From: Lama glama
Lineage: Eukaryota
Direction: 5' to 3'
Assembly: GCA_028534125.1 (NCBI GenBank)
Contig: CM052818.1
Span: 8,496,001-8,560,000, forward strand
DNA length: 64,000 bases
Part shown: in pieces, positions 26,301 to 38,225 of the stretch
How positions within the stretch are numbered: the stretch's first letter is position 1
Layout of the letters: every line of letters begins with the position of its first letter
The notes under the pieces: model-generated
Databases searched by the model: none
The model's input: the letters and a program-made list of their open reading frames with translations, nothing else
Told to the model about the DNA's origin: nothing
Made by a program: the position numbers and the translations under genes

Positions 26301-29300
26301 AGGTTTAAAAAGAGAGAATTATTTTCCTATAAACTTGTTCAACAAACACTTAACACATTCAACACACATCCTTCCTTTCAGCATATTTTCAAATGTTCTG
26401 ACTAGTCTAGTTTATTTTAATGATTTGGCTGAAATAATTAACAAATGCCACACGGCAATTCAGATTGCCAGGATCTAAAAGGTAAATAACTCTAGGAAAA
26501 AAAGGTATTCAGGGAAATAATAACAAACTGCTCCTCTTCTGTAATGGCTACTAGCTATAATCTGTCTGAGGATATACTGTACATAACTAGCTCTTTTGTT
26601 TAAAGTCAGCAAGAAGCAACTTGGAAAGACAATAAAATACAAATGTCTTCATTATTGTGGTCCTTATGATCTTAATAGCATGGTAATATAATTGGGCCCC
26701 CTAAGATTCAGGCGACAAGGAGTTTCTACCCTTGATTCTGAAACTGTAAGACAACTTAAGAAACATCTCTTTACCTCTGTTTTCTAATAATGAAGTATCA
26801 ACTATTGTCAACCAAATTTTCAAGGCAAGACAAGAAGAGGAATTACAGAGTTTCTGTATATTACTTAGAGTTTCTCCAAAATAATTTTTATTTAAAAACA
26901 AGTCTGTCTTAAGGCAAAGAAGAATATTTTTTAAGCACTGAATTATTTTAAAGTACCAGATCTATCAGAACACTGTTTTATCATGTCATTGAGCATAAGA
27001 CTGTATTTCAACAGTTGCCAGCTGTCATAATGCTGATAAAAATCAACAATTACACCCAATTTATGTAAGACCAGACATACTAGGAAAATGCCACATTAAA
27101 TTTGATACAGAAAATTAGTGACTACATTATAAAAAATAGAATCAAAAGAAAATTTTAAAGAGAAATCAGGTATTAATAGAAAAAATGGGTAGGATAATAG
27201 ATAATTCATAGAGCATTATGAAAATCTCACTTTCTAGAGAGCTTAAAAGTGTTGAAGTACTCAGTTTTGAACCCTCAAGCTGATAACTTTCTATAACAGA
27301 TCTGAAGTACACAGGTAAATTTTGCTTCTCTAATCAGTTATGCGTCTTTCTTACAATGTCACCAGTTCCACTTTGATAAGATATAATTCGTGAAAAGACT
27401 CCACTTGCTTTCCTGTCATTACAAATGCACCCATATCCAATTACATAATGCAAAGTTCCACCTGTATACAAAGAAATAATTTAACATAGACTTTTAAGAG
27501 TTTGTTTTTGTAATTCACTGCATGGTTGTCTTTGAGCAAAAATTTATGTAGGAGCCTTCAACATACTAACCAGTCTTTCAAGGTGGCTGGTGTGCCAGAA
27601 AACTAGAATGCCAAAAATCCATCCCATTATAAGACAAAGGAAGTTTTATTTATAAATCACTAAGAGAATAAAGAAGATAGACAAGTGAAAGTTGCAAACT
27701 GAAAAACATTAAAACATACTTTTCTATTAAAAGTCGAGTGTCATTAGAATACTACTATAATACAATTACCAAGTGTCTGTTCTAATGTCTTTCGTCAGGG
27801 GTTATAAAGGCCTCATGTAGATTCATAACATCTTGTATGCGCTAGTACCTTTCACTGCTGAATTTCTATGATTAAACATGTAAAAAACTGCTCAAATACA
27901 CTGCTAGTTTTAAATATCTCTAGTGCAGTATTAGAGGTTTGTTTTGATAGCTGACTGTCTTGTTTATCAGCTTCCTCCCTCCAGTTGGCAAAAAAAGAAC
28001 TGAAAGCAATTCTGGTTGTCTTCCTCTCTTATTCATCCATATGAAAGACATTTGAAGGTAGCTAGCAGGAAGTAACAAGAATAAACTAAATGGCCCTGGC
28101 AATGTAGAAGACGGACTGCAGTACACTACTGTGACTCAATAATAACTACACAAATTACATGCCACCAAATTTATTCCGTATAGAGTTAAAATGTACACTA
28201 TTTTTTAGTTTACAGAAACTAGAATGCACAAGGCTGTGGTACTTTCCTTAACTCCCCAAAGTCACCTTTTAGTCAACTTACATTCACGTCCATGGACATA
28301 TAGTTGTTGGAGAGACAGTAATCACTCACTAAAAGACTTCCTTTTGTATTATCAAATTTAAATTTAAATAGAAACATCTATTACAATGCTAAAACATTAT
28401 GCTACTGCTCTACATCCTTTAGTTTTGTTTCTGATGAAATATGTAACATTAAACCTCTAATAAATTTAAACTTTTAAACATTACTCAAAAATGTTACTTG
28501 GGGCTACATTCTAGTGCCTTCCATTTACTGTTTACAAAAAGCATAGTAAAGAAAATAAGATAAAAGGGTGATTACTATCTAAATTACAAAATAATAAAAT
28601 GGGCTATCCATATGAGAAGTGGTTTTCCTGATTGTAACATCTCACTCATCTATTTTTCAAAAATTATAAAAACACACAGTAGTCCTTAAAGTGTTCTGGG
28701 AACAGATTTCACTGAAAATCTGATTAAAAAGAAAAAAAGGACCCTCATACACAAACTTTTACCTACATTTTAAAGAAATCTCAATCCTCTGAAGTCTATC
28801 CATACAAGAATCCCTGAGGGTCCCAAGATTCAAGGTGAAGAGCCTTGAATGTGTGTGATAGCAAGCCGACTGTGGCATCTGTCACCAGTATAGGGAAAGA
28901 TGATTTCACAGATCTTGAGTAGCTGGGTAAGTGACTCCATATTTCAGTACACATCTTTTCTGAAACCTTTTGCTTATAAAGACCTGTTCTTTGTTCAAAC
29001 ATATTCAACTACAAATCTGATATTCATGACTTTCCATATCTGGTCTTTTTTAACCTAATCAATTAATTAATTTCCTATTCCCTCAGGTTTTCCTTTCAAG
29101 TCTATTATTTTCCCATCATTTGTGAAGTCTCTCTGCTGTTTATTATTAGCATGCATTGACTTTTTACTATATATCAAGCACCATGCTAGACGCTTTTTAT
29201 GCCTTTAATAGTTCTAATTTCAACTACTGTTTCGTAAGATAAGTCAGTTTCATAGGTGAGAAAAAAAGAGGGAGGTTCTGAAAGGACAAATAAGTGCCAA

Positions 29301-30419
29301 GTCCAAATTTAGGCTGTTAGTAAATATGATTCAAATCCAGGTCTAACTGAGCCTCTGGGCCTTTTCTCATTATCTAATGCTTCTCCAATTTTTCCTCTCC
29401 ATTACCCTTAACTTTACTAAGGAGTAGGATGCATACCTCTGAAGAGCTGGGAAGTATAACCAAAAGTAGCTCGATCAAAATGTGACATTTCTTTAAACTT
29501 ATGTTTCATCTTTAAAATTCATTTTTACTTTTGCCTCTTTCTAAAATGATTCTGTGGAGATTTCATTATAAAAATGCCTTAAAGTACATATTAGAGAAGA
29601 AAATTTACAATACAGAAAGATAGAAACTGCCACATACCTCTAGGGCTAAACACAGGTAAGTTTGAAAAGCTGCTCCTAAAACATTCCTGATAATTTCAGT
29701 CCACATTAACTCATCTACCCCTACTTTCTGTTACACTTTTCAACTGTCATTATGCATTTAGCATAGTACGTCACTTTATTCTTAGTTTATGGGTGTATCC
29801 CTCAAGCCAGATTGTAGTATCTGAGTAGAGATGTTCTTGTGTATCCCCCATAGTAATTAATTACTACAGGTAGGCTCTAAACCCAGTGCCTAGGACAACA
29901 AATGTTTGATGAGTGAATGAATAAATGAACAGTAAAACACAAGGGCTTCAGAGTCTGAAGACTTGAGTTTCAGACCAGGCTAAGCTGTTTTCTCTGTATT
30001 TTGGCGCTAGTCACTTAACCTCACCAAGACAGAGAAATTATATTAAAATCCACTTTAGAGACATTTCTTAATGATTAATGAGGCATTTTATTTGATAGCA
30101 TTCTGTATTATTTAATAAAGCTTTTCAAATATTATTTATGATTTATAAAGTTACTAATTGATCAGTTGATAGTTTAATTTTATTTTTAAAGGCAAGTGAA
30201 GTAAAATCTTAAAGTTAATATATTATATTGGCCTAGCTAAGTAACTTTAGAAAGAAAAGTAAACTGTAATAAATTCCAGTAGGGTATACTGTTTAATTGA
30301 TCTAGGTATGAGGTATGAAGGCATAAAATTATTTTCATAATGGAATACATTTCACAATGTATAAAATACTGTCTTATACACTCATTCACCCCTTCCAGTT
30401 TCCAAAAAGTTATATAAGC

Positions 30420-30550
30420 AGGTGACCCCAGTGTTCTCAAAGCCACCTCCCTTCCACATCAGAATTCTAATTCAGTAGGTTCAACATGGGACACAGGTAT
30501 CTGCTTTGTTAAAAAGGGACATGGGTGATTTTAGGGCAGCGAATACTGAC
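30420..30550. mobile_element. MER5-like hAT MITE fragment
   Basis: cagtgttctcaaa...tctaattcagtaggttc...ggtatctgctttgttaaaa...gggtgatttt. Confidence 0.55.
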
Positions 30551-31206
30551 TTAAAACTAACAACATCAACAGTTCTTTCCTTTACCCCTATTACCTACCA
30601 TGTGAACCATGTACATTTGTAGATTCACAGCAACTATAATGGTGAATGTTTTAATTCCTTAAAAAATTATATATGATAATATAATTCAACTAAATGGTTG
30701 TAAATTATTACAATCCTAGAAAAATCAACCACTCTTTTTAAAATAAAATATTCAAGAAAGTAATCTATTGAAGTATATGCTGTTCACAAAGTAACCACAA
30801 TCTCTTTTGCCTCTGTTCAAGTTAATCCAGCCACCTAAAGCACTCTCCAAACTCACTGCAGCCGACTATCAGAAGTACTTAGTCTCTTATCAAAAAATCT
30901 CTTATTTGGATTTTAGGAAGGCAATACAGTGCCTATGCCTATATTACAGTGCCCAGATTACAGCACCCTCCCAGTGAGGCCTGAGGCAGCACCCCAAAAT
31001 CAAACACAGTAATATTTGTGCAGTAAAATGCTTAAATATTCAAACTAAGTGAAATAAATACTACAAATATCTTCACTGCAGGTCAGGACAGGTTTTGCCT
31101 CCAAATGAATTTAAACCAAATTTCCAAAATGTAAACAGTTAAAAAAAAGTCTTCAGGCAACAGAGGTTTTGGATTTTGAGATTACAAATAAAGGACTGTA
31201 GAACTT

Positions 31207-31487
31207 TTTAAAAATAATACAAATAAATATACATGCAAAACAAACAGATCCAGAGATATGGAAAACAGACTAGTGGTTACCACTGAGGACAGGAAAGGAG
31301 AGGCCAATGAGGGAAATGAGATTAGGAGATAACAAACTACTAAGTATAAAATAGATAAGCAACAAGGACACACTATGTGGCACAGGGAATTACAGCCATT
31401 CCCAAGTAATAACTATTAATGGAGTATAATCTGTATAGCTGAAATTAATATAATACTGTAAATCAACTATACCTCAATTTAAAAAAA
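31207..31487 (+). mobile_element. 5'-truncated artiodactyl-type L1 3' UTR
   Basis: gaaaacagactagtggttacc...actactaagtataaaatagataagcaacaagga...ctgtaaatcaactatacctcaatttaaaaaaa. Confidence 0.85.
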
Positions 31488-32490
31488 CTTCACCTTTTTA
31501 GGTTTCAACTCATATATAACTTTCAATAGAAAGCTTCCCCCCCCCCCACGAAGACTGAGTTACTCCTTATATGTGCACATTTAACACCTTATACTTACTT
31601 CTATCTTAGTGGTTGCCTTTTTATTTCTCACCCGACTGTAGGATAGCTGGAGTTAGGGACCATATCTTTTTCATGATCATACTCTCAATATGACATGGTA
31701 TCTATTTAATAAATAGTGAAGTAATAAGAAATTCGAGCACTAAGAGTTAAATCTAGTAAAGTTTTATACTACTCTACTTGCTTGATCTGTAAGGTATGAT
31801 TAACATCAATAAAGATGCATCTCCACATGATAAAAGTGGGACAAAAATCAGAAAATCCAACCAAAAAGACTACCCAATAGCATACACATTGTAATAGTGT
31901 GAAAATAGTGTTTTGTTGCTGCTAAATAAAACTTTTCCTTAATTTGTTAGCTAGGACATTTAACACAGTAAACTACCATACGAAATAAATTGTCTATCAT
32001 GTAGCAGTTTATTTACTATTTTAACACAGGTTTTCTTGTGTTACACGTAAATACAGTACAGCAGACTTAGATATTAATCCATGTAAGGTCCCTTTATGTG
32101 AGAGGAATTTTAGAATGTAGAATTTGAAGATGGACACTTGCTTTCTTTTAATTAATATAATTGAATAAAATTGACAATTAACAAAAAATGACAGACATTA
32201 GGCATGATGAAAATGGAAAACTAAGTTTTTAAGCAAATCGGCAGTCACACAAGAATCTTAGAATTTTGAGAATTCTGTCAGACTCAAGGCATGTATGATC
32301 ATTCTTGGGCATACCTTTCCTTTTTTTTAAGTGCAACAAAAGTTTCTCCATTATTTTCTCTAAAGACAAAGGGTCACTTCAGAGTAAAGGAGACGGAATT
32401 TCCTCCCAGAAATACAATCTGAAAAGTTTCTGAACTGGAACAACACACTAAATATTTAACATAAGGAAAATGAAGGAGGAAAAATAAATG

Positions 32491-32537
32491 CGTGTGTGTG
32501 TGTGTGTGTATGTATATATACACATATATATATATAC
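32491..32537. repeat. Compound (TG)n/(TA)n microsatellite
   Basis: Direct inspection. Confidence 0.85.
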
Positions 32538-33051
32538 TTTCTCAGAAATTTAACCGCAATGAGAGTGAATTGGTTTATAAAGCTTCATTTAACTACTAGC
32601 CATATCTAGAATACTACACCTAATTTACACAGACAGCCAGTCAACAGTCACATAATCGTATATAACAGAAAACTGACAGGATAATTAAAAGATCAGAAAA
32701 GGCTGTTTGAACTAAGAGCTTCCTATTCTAAATGCAGGAGTTTAATTCTAAGAGGGTTGGTGGAAAAACATTGTTGCTTTCTATTATTTAATTTTTTCTA
32801 TATGGGAACAAGAAATACCACTTAAGAAACAAAATAGTTAATTTTGAACCTTAGGCCTACCAAGTCAGAAAGATGATCAAAAAGGAAGTTAAGTTTGAAA
32901 AAAAACCCCACAAACAAACAAAAACCTTTGGAGAGTGATCACCTTTTCTGACATGCCAGTAATTTTTAGCAAATTCCCAAACTGATGGTGTTCAAAAGTG
33001 GCCTTCATTATGAACAGAAGAAATGACACAATATCTGAGATTAAATAATCT

Positions 33052-33118
33052 GGGGAGGGAGGGAAGGGAGCGAGGGAAGGAAGGGAGGAAGGGAGGAAGG
33101 GAGGGAAGGAGGAAAGAA
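33052..33118. repeat. Polypurine (GGAA/GGGA)-type tract
   Basis: About 65 nt of almost pure G/A. Confidence 0.9.
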
Positions 33119-33374
33119 GTGCTGCTGTGAACACTGGAGTGCATGTATCTTTTCGAATTAGAGTTTCCTCCGGATATATGCCCAGGAATGGGATTGCTGG
33201 ATCATATGGCAAGTCTATTTTTAGTTTTTCAAGGAATCTCCATACTGTTTTCCATAATGGCTGCACCAAACTACATTCCCACCAACAGAGTAAGAAGGTT
33301 CTCTTTTCTCCACACCCTCTCCAGCATTTATTGTCCGTGGACTTTTCAATGATGGCCATTCTGACTGGTGCTGC
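33119..33374 (-). mobile_element. Internal young L1 ORF2 C-terminal fragment, truncated at both ends, no poly(A)
   Basis: Uninterrupted frame [81 protein letters not shown]; flanked by gtgctgc at 33119-33125 and 33368-33374. Confidence 0.92.
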
Positions 33375-34959
33375 ACTTCTGTCTTAACCAACTTCATGGG
33401 ACAGGGTGGGCAAAGATCTGGCTTTCTAACTACAAAGTTGAATGAAACTCAGAGGAAAAATATTACCACACACAGGATATAACAAAGTATATAATTCTAA
33501 CAGATACAGGTATATGGCCATTTTTGACTAAAAGCACTCTTTAGTTACTGGTTAACAGAACAAAAAGTGCAGTATGTTCCTAGTGAAAGTTTGAATCTCC
33601 TCTCTGTCCAACTAACATACTTTCATATATAAGGAATATCAACAGGGATTGACTAGGTTCAAGAAAGTTTAACAGGATCACATTTCTAGGGGGTGAAACA
33701 TTAATAGTAGACTATAAATAGGACTATATCAGGGCAAATGTCCTATCCTAAAATGCTGGGCCACCTCTGATTGGTACTTAGATTATAAACTGTATAAATT
33801 GTATTGGTTACATGGGAAAAGGAATGCTTCTAATTTTTGTGATATGGGTTGTGGTATTCCTATACGTATTATTCACCCTTTGGAATTTTGGAAAAGGAGT
33901 ATCTATGAGACACTTGGGTCTGAAAAGATAATCCCAGTTTAGAGCTACTGAAGAAGCTACACTAGTTTAAATGGAAGAAAGTGCAAGCTATAGTTTCTGA
34001 AAAAGATATCCAGTCCATACCCTGCCATCAGAGTAAGATCCCTTGGCTGAGATGACACAGAAGAAAATTTATTAGAGGAGAAAAGAAACATTTATATATA
34101 TTTTTTCTTCTGAAAGAAAAAGTAGAGGTAATTTATCAGAATACAGCTTTGTGAGATCAAGAGACTGACTTGCTCCTGGAGGAGGATTCAAACTTAAATT
34201 TAATAAGGTTAGAAACTTCATGATTTTATATTGTTTACATTGTATTGTTTGAGCTAGTATATCATCTCTGTTCTTGGTATAATCTTGTCAGGTGAGTTTG
34301 ATTGGGCAATCCTGTTCAACATAATCTAATAAAAAAATAGAGGAGTATTTATAGTGCTTTCTTGGAATTAACATAATTAATATTCCATCCTATCCATTTA
34401 AAAGGCTTCTGGAGGTAACATCAAATAAATGACAATTAAAAAGGCACTGAGAAGCCGGACTGCCCATCTCGCTGATCACAGGTAGAAGTAGTGAAAAAGA
34501 CTGGATATGTGGCCCCAAGAAACCACATTTTGATACCCTGTAGATCTCCTCTAAGGGGGACACAGCACCTCAAGTTGATCACACGCCTATTATTAAATTT
34601 ACTGGGTTAACAAGTTAAGAAAAACAGAAGTCTACTGATCTGTAGTGAGAAGCTAATTTTGTGTTTTGGTTGCTTTTTTGCTCTTCTTCTCAATTATCTC
34701 ATCAAGAATGACTACCACCCTAAACTCACCATTGTCTCTCTTGCTTCCTGTGCTTGGACTACCTTCTCTGCATAACTCCATTTTTTCTTAAAAACTAAAC
34801 TCCACAGCCACTTCCACCTGGAAATTTTCCTGGACTCTGCCCTCCTTTACAATCCTCTAAGGATATCTTTTTTCTTGCATTTCTCTCCTTAATAATGCCC
34901 TTACTAGTCTATAAACATTAGGAGGATGGGCTACTTATGCCATCAAATATAAGCCTTCA

Positions 34960-35120
34960 TTGGTCTTTAACTGATGCACCATTATTTCATACAGCACTAA
35001 AAAAAGAAGAAAAAAACTACTAGTTATAATTGTGGGACACCAAAAATGTAAGGTGATCACAATTTCAGAGGAGTTAAAATGTGGGAGAAAAATATTCATC
35101 TTAAAATCAATGAAATTGTG
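34960..35120 (-). mobile_element. MER104/Kanga-like TcMar-Tc2 MITE
   Basis: aatttcagaggagttaaaatgtgggagaaaaatattcatcttaaaatcaatgaaat resembles the reverse complement of the MER104 terminus. Confidence 0.55.
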
Positions 35121-35884
35121 CATGTCTTAATAAACTGTATTTTCAATATTAACAAAATGACTGGGCATATAGAAAATAACACATTAAATGCAGAATGATG
35201 AATAAATAAATAAATTCAACCCACACTGGTGCTTTTCATCAATATGCATTTTTATTCATTCAAAAATCAAAATAATCCAAAGAATGAAAATTTTTAGATT
35301 TTTAAAACTAAGACTTATGAATATAATTTACAAATACATTATACTGGCTCTGATTTTAGCTGGATAACTTAAAGCACCAGGAAAGAAAAACATATTCTTT
35401 GTAGTATCCATTCTTGATGATCTGCGCCAATAACAGGGAAATGGATTGTAAATAATACAATATTACAAAATAACAGATAATTTTAAACTCATTTATATTT
35501 GCTTTTAAGGTATATTCATATGTTCATATTCATATAATAGATAAACACAAACAACGGCTGTCAGGCCCAGAGGTAGATATTAATAAATTACCAGCACTTG
35601 TTTATTTCCGAAAACAACTGGTTCTTAATCTTGTTTTACATTTATGAGAGGAAGATGTCCAAAGTCAAAAGCTGAAAACTTGAAAAAGAGTTTAACCCAA
35701 GTGAGATGCTTACAAGTTGCCTTGTCATTCCTTTGAAATGATGGTGAAGTCTAGATATTACTGAGAGGTGTAAGTGGTATAAAGAAGTAGAAAAAAAAAT
35801 ACTGCAACAATAAATTTGGAACTCCAGCTTCCTTTCCTTTAAATTTTTCTATGCCCTCTGGAAAGATTATGAAAGTAGCTACCC

Positions 35885-36030
35885 CTTACTGCTAGATGCT
35901 TCACATACATTATTTCTATCTTCAGTAATCTATGAAGTAGATATTAACGCCATTTTATATGTGAGTACACTGAGGCTGTAAGAGATTAAATAACTTGTCC
36001 ACAGTCAGAAACCCAGCAGTGGTAGAACTA
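35885..36030 (-). mobile_element. MIR SINE
   Basis: ccattttatatgtgagtacactgaggctgtaagagattaaataacttgtccacagtca. Confidence 0.7.
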
Positions 36031-36509
36031 CCTCTAAAGTTTTGACTTATATGTAAGTAGTTTTTTGGTCCAAAGAAGAAAACTCAGAAAGAACTGAGAA
36101 ATCTCTGTGACAAGAAACAAAAGAATCAATAAAATGAAGGCAGCACTATCTCAATTTACACAGAGGCGGGAAGGCTCCTTTGAGAAAAAAAATTCAGAAT
36201 TCTGGTGACTAGACTCTGGTTTCTCTTCAGATTGAATAAATCATCTTTTACTCAAAAAAAAAAAAAAAAGAAAGAAAAGAAAAGAATTCTGGTGATGGAT
36301 CAATTCCGGAATTCCACTTTGTACTGTCTATCAGCAGTCAAGTAATTCATCCCAATAACTTTTAGACTGAGTATGTACAATAATTAAAGACTATCTTTAC
36401 TAATCTATTACGTATATACATCACAGAGATCATCAAAGAAGACAGATCTAAAACTTCTCTATGATTCTACAACTTCAAATTATTTCTTTTCATCTTTGTC
36501 ACTAAGGGA

Positions 36510-36750
36510 GGTAGTTATTGCATAGGAATTAAGGGCAAAGGCCATGGAAAAAGACAAGACCAGATAAAATCCTAACTTCTTAACTATGTACCATTGAGCA
36601 AGTTAGTTAACCTCTCTAGGCCTCACTTTCTTTATCTGTAACATAAGGTTATTAATATCTGACTCTCAGAATTATTGTAATGAGTAAATGAGATAATGGG
36701 TATATATCATTCTACACAGTACCTAGTATATAGTTAAGTGTCCAATAAAT
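36510..36750 (+). mobile_element. MIR SINE (near full length)
   Basis: ttgagcaagttagttaacctctctaggcctcactttctttatctgtaa...cacagtacctagtatatagttaagtgtccaataaat. Confidence 0.8.
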
Positions 36751-37309
36751 TTGTTAGGGTGATATACTTTGGGCACTTCTCTGTTTTATTGGGATATTTT
36801 ATATTAAACAAAAACTTTAAACTTTATCAATTGTGGGGCTATAACACAAAGTGTAAAAAACAAATAAAAGTATCAAAATTCCATTCAAAGAGCATACTTT
36901 CTCAGTCAGAACAATTTACCAAGAGACTTTCAAAAAAAAAAAACCCAGAGTTTAAGAAAGAAAAAGACAGAGGTTAGGTCTTTGACATTCACTAGCTCTT
37001 CTGTACGGAAATGTGGAAACATTTAAAATGTAAGGCAGCCCACAACTTTGTAACATGTTATTGCTACAGGAATAAAACTGTTCTCTAGAGAAAAGTCAAT
37101 TTTGTCATCCGCCACTGAGGGGAGCTGTAACCTAGGAAAAGGTTTACATAGAGTCCAAAGGTTATTTTTAAACTTTTTCACACCTTACAATATTCACTTA
37201 ATAAACTCTTATTAAAATATCTTTTAAATTAATTTGACAAGTATACCTTAATTCTCTTTTGGAGACCTTACAAGAAATAATAAGGCTTATTATCTTCATA
37301 TAACCATAA

Positions 37310-37596
37310 AGATAGTGGGATCCCTATCCCCCTTCCCAGATTTTTCTCTTTGGCACTTACCTAACATACTATATATTTACCATGTATTTAACATACATTA
37401 TATATTTATATTATCTAACACAGTATATATTTCATACACACTGATTTTTATTATCTGTCACACACACTCCACAAGGAAGATATTTTTTAATGTGTTTTCT
37501 ACATCACTCTATTTCCAGTACCTCTAATAGTGCCCAGCACAAAATACACGCTCAGTGAATTAATTGCTACTGAATGAATGAATGAATGAATGAATA
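37310..37596 (+). mobile_element. LINE-2 3' end with (TGAA)n tail
   Basis: atagtgcccagcacaaaatacacgctcagtgaat...(tgaa)6 tail at 37571-37595. Confidence 0.7.
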
Positions 37597-37789
37597 CTAG
37601 TTCACTTATTTGAAAGGTTAAAAATACATTATTAGATAAAATCAAGTAAAGCAAACTACTACTACCTGAAAAATGTAATGTCCACTTACACTGACTTTTG
37701 GTTTAAAAAAAATTTCTAAGAACAGTTCTTTGATCCTATAGATGAGTATATGGACAGATCTCATGAGAATGGCTTGTTTAATATATATT

Positions 37790-38225
37790 TATAGTAGAAT
37801 CCCTCTTAAATGATCTGAATGGCACAAAGAACTGGTCAATTAAAGGAAAGGATTATGAATATTGATACACAAACACTTTAATTTTGTTCAATAATACTAA
37901 TGTGTTTTATTCACCAGTTTTTATGGCCTCTTCATTGAGTATAACTTTATTATTGATGTTCTCATATAATCAACAGTCATAATGTATCATTTAGTGCATT
38001 TCAATCTGTTTTAAATGAAATGAATACATAAGGACAAAAGACAAGCAATTTGAATGCAAAATCCCTCCAGATTTTCATAAATCTTTCCCAATTTTTTACA
38101 GTTGTATTTTCACACCAGATTTGACAGCAGTTTCTTTTTACAATTCCCTTTTATCAACTCCTTCTAAAGCATTTAAGTTTTTATGAAATAATGAAATAAC
38201 TCGTCAAACTGATATTTCACTGTCC
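37790..38225 (-). mobile_element. TcMar-Tigger remnant encoding a decayed CENP-B/Psq-type N-terminal HTH
   Basis: Minus strand 38203-38041 reads RVISLFHKNLNALEGVDKREL*KETAVKSGVK/TTVKNWER/YENLEGFCIQIAC, matching the Tigger/Jerky N-terminal pattern LNALERLDKGE...GVGETTVKDW. Confidence 0.65.

Noticed and set aside
33790..34330. Possible ancient LTR (Gypsy/ERVL-like)
   Set aside because: General appearance only; no termini, TSD or diagnostic sequence I can support.
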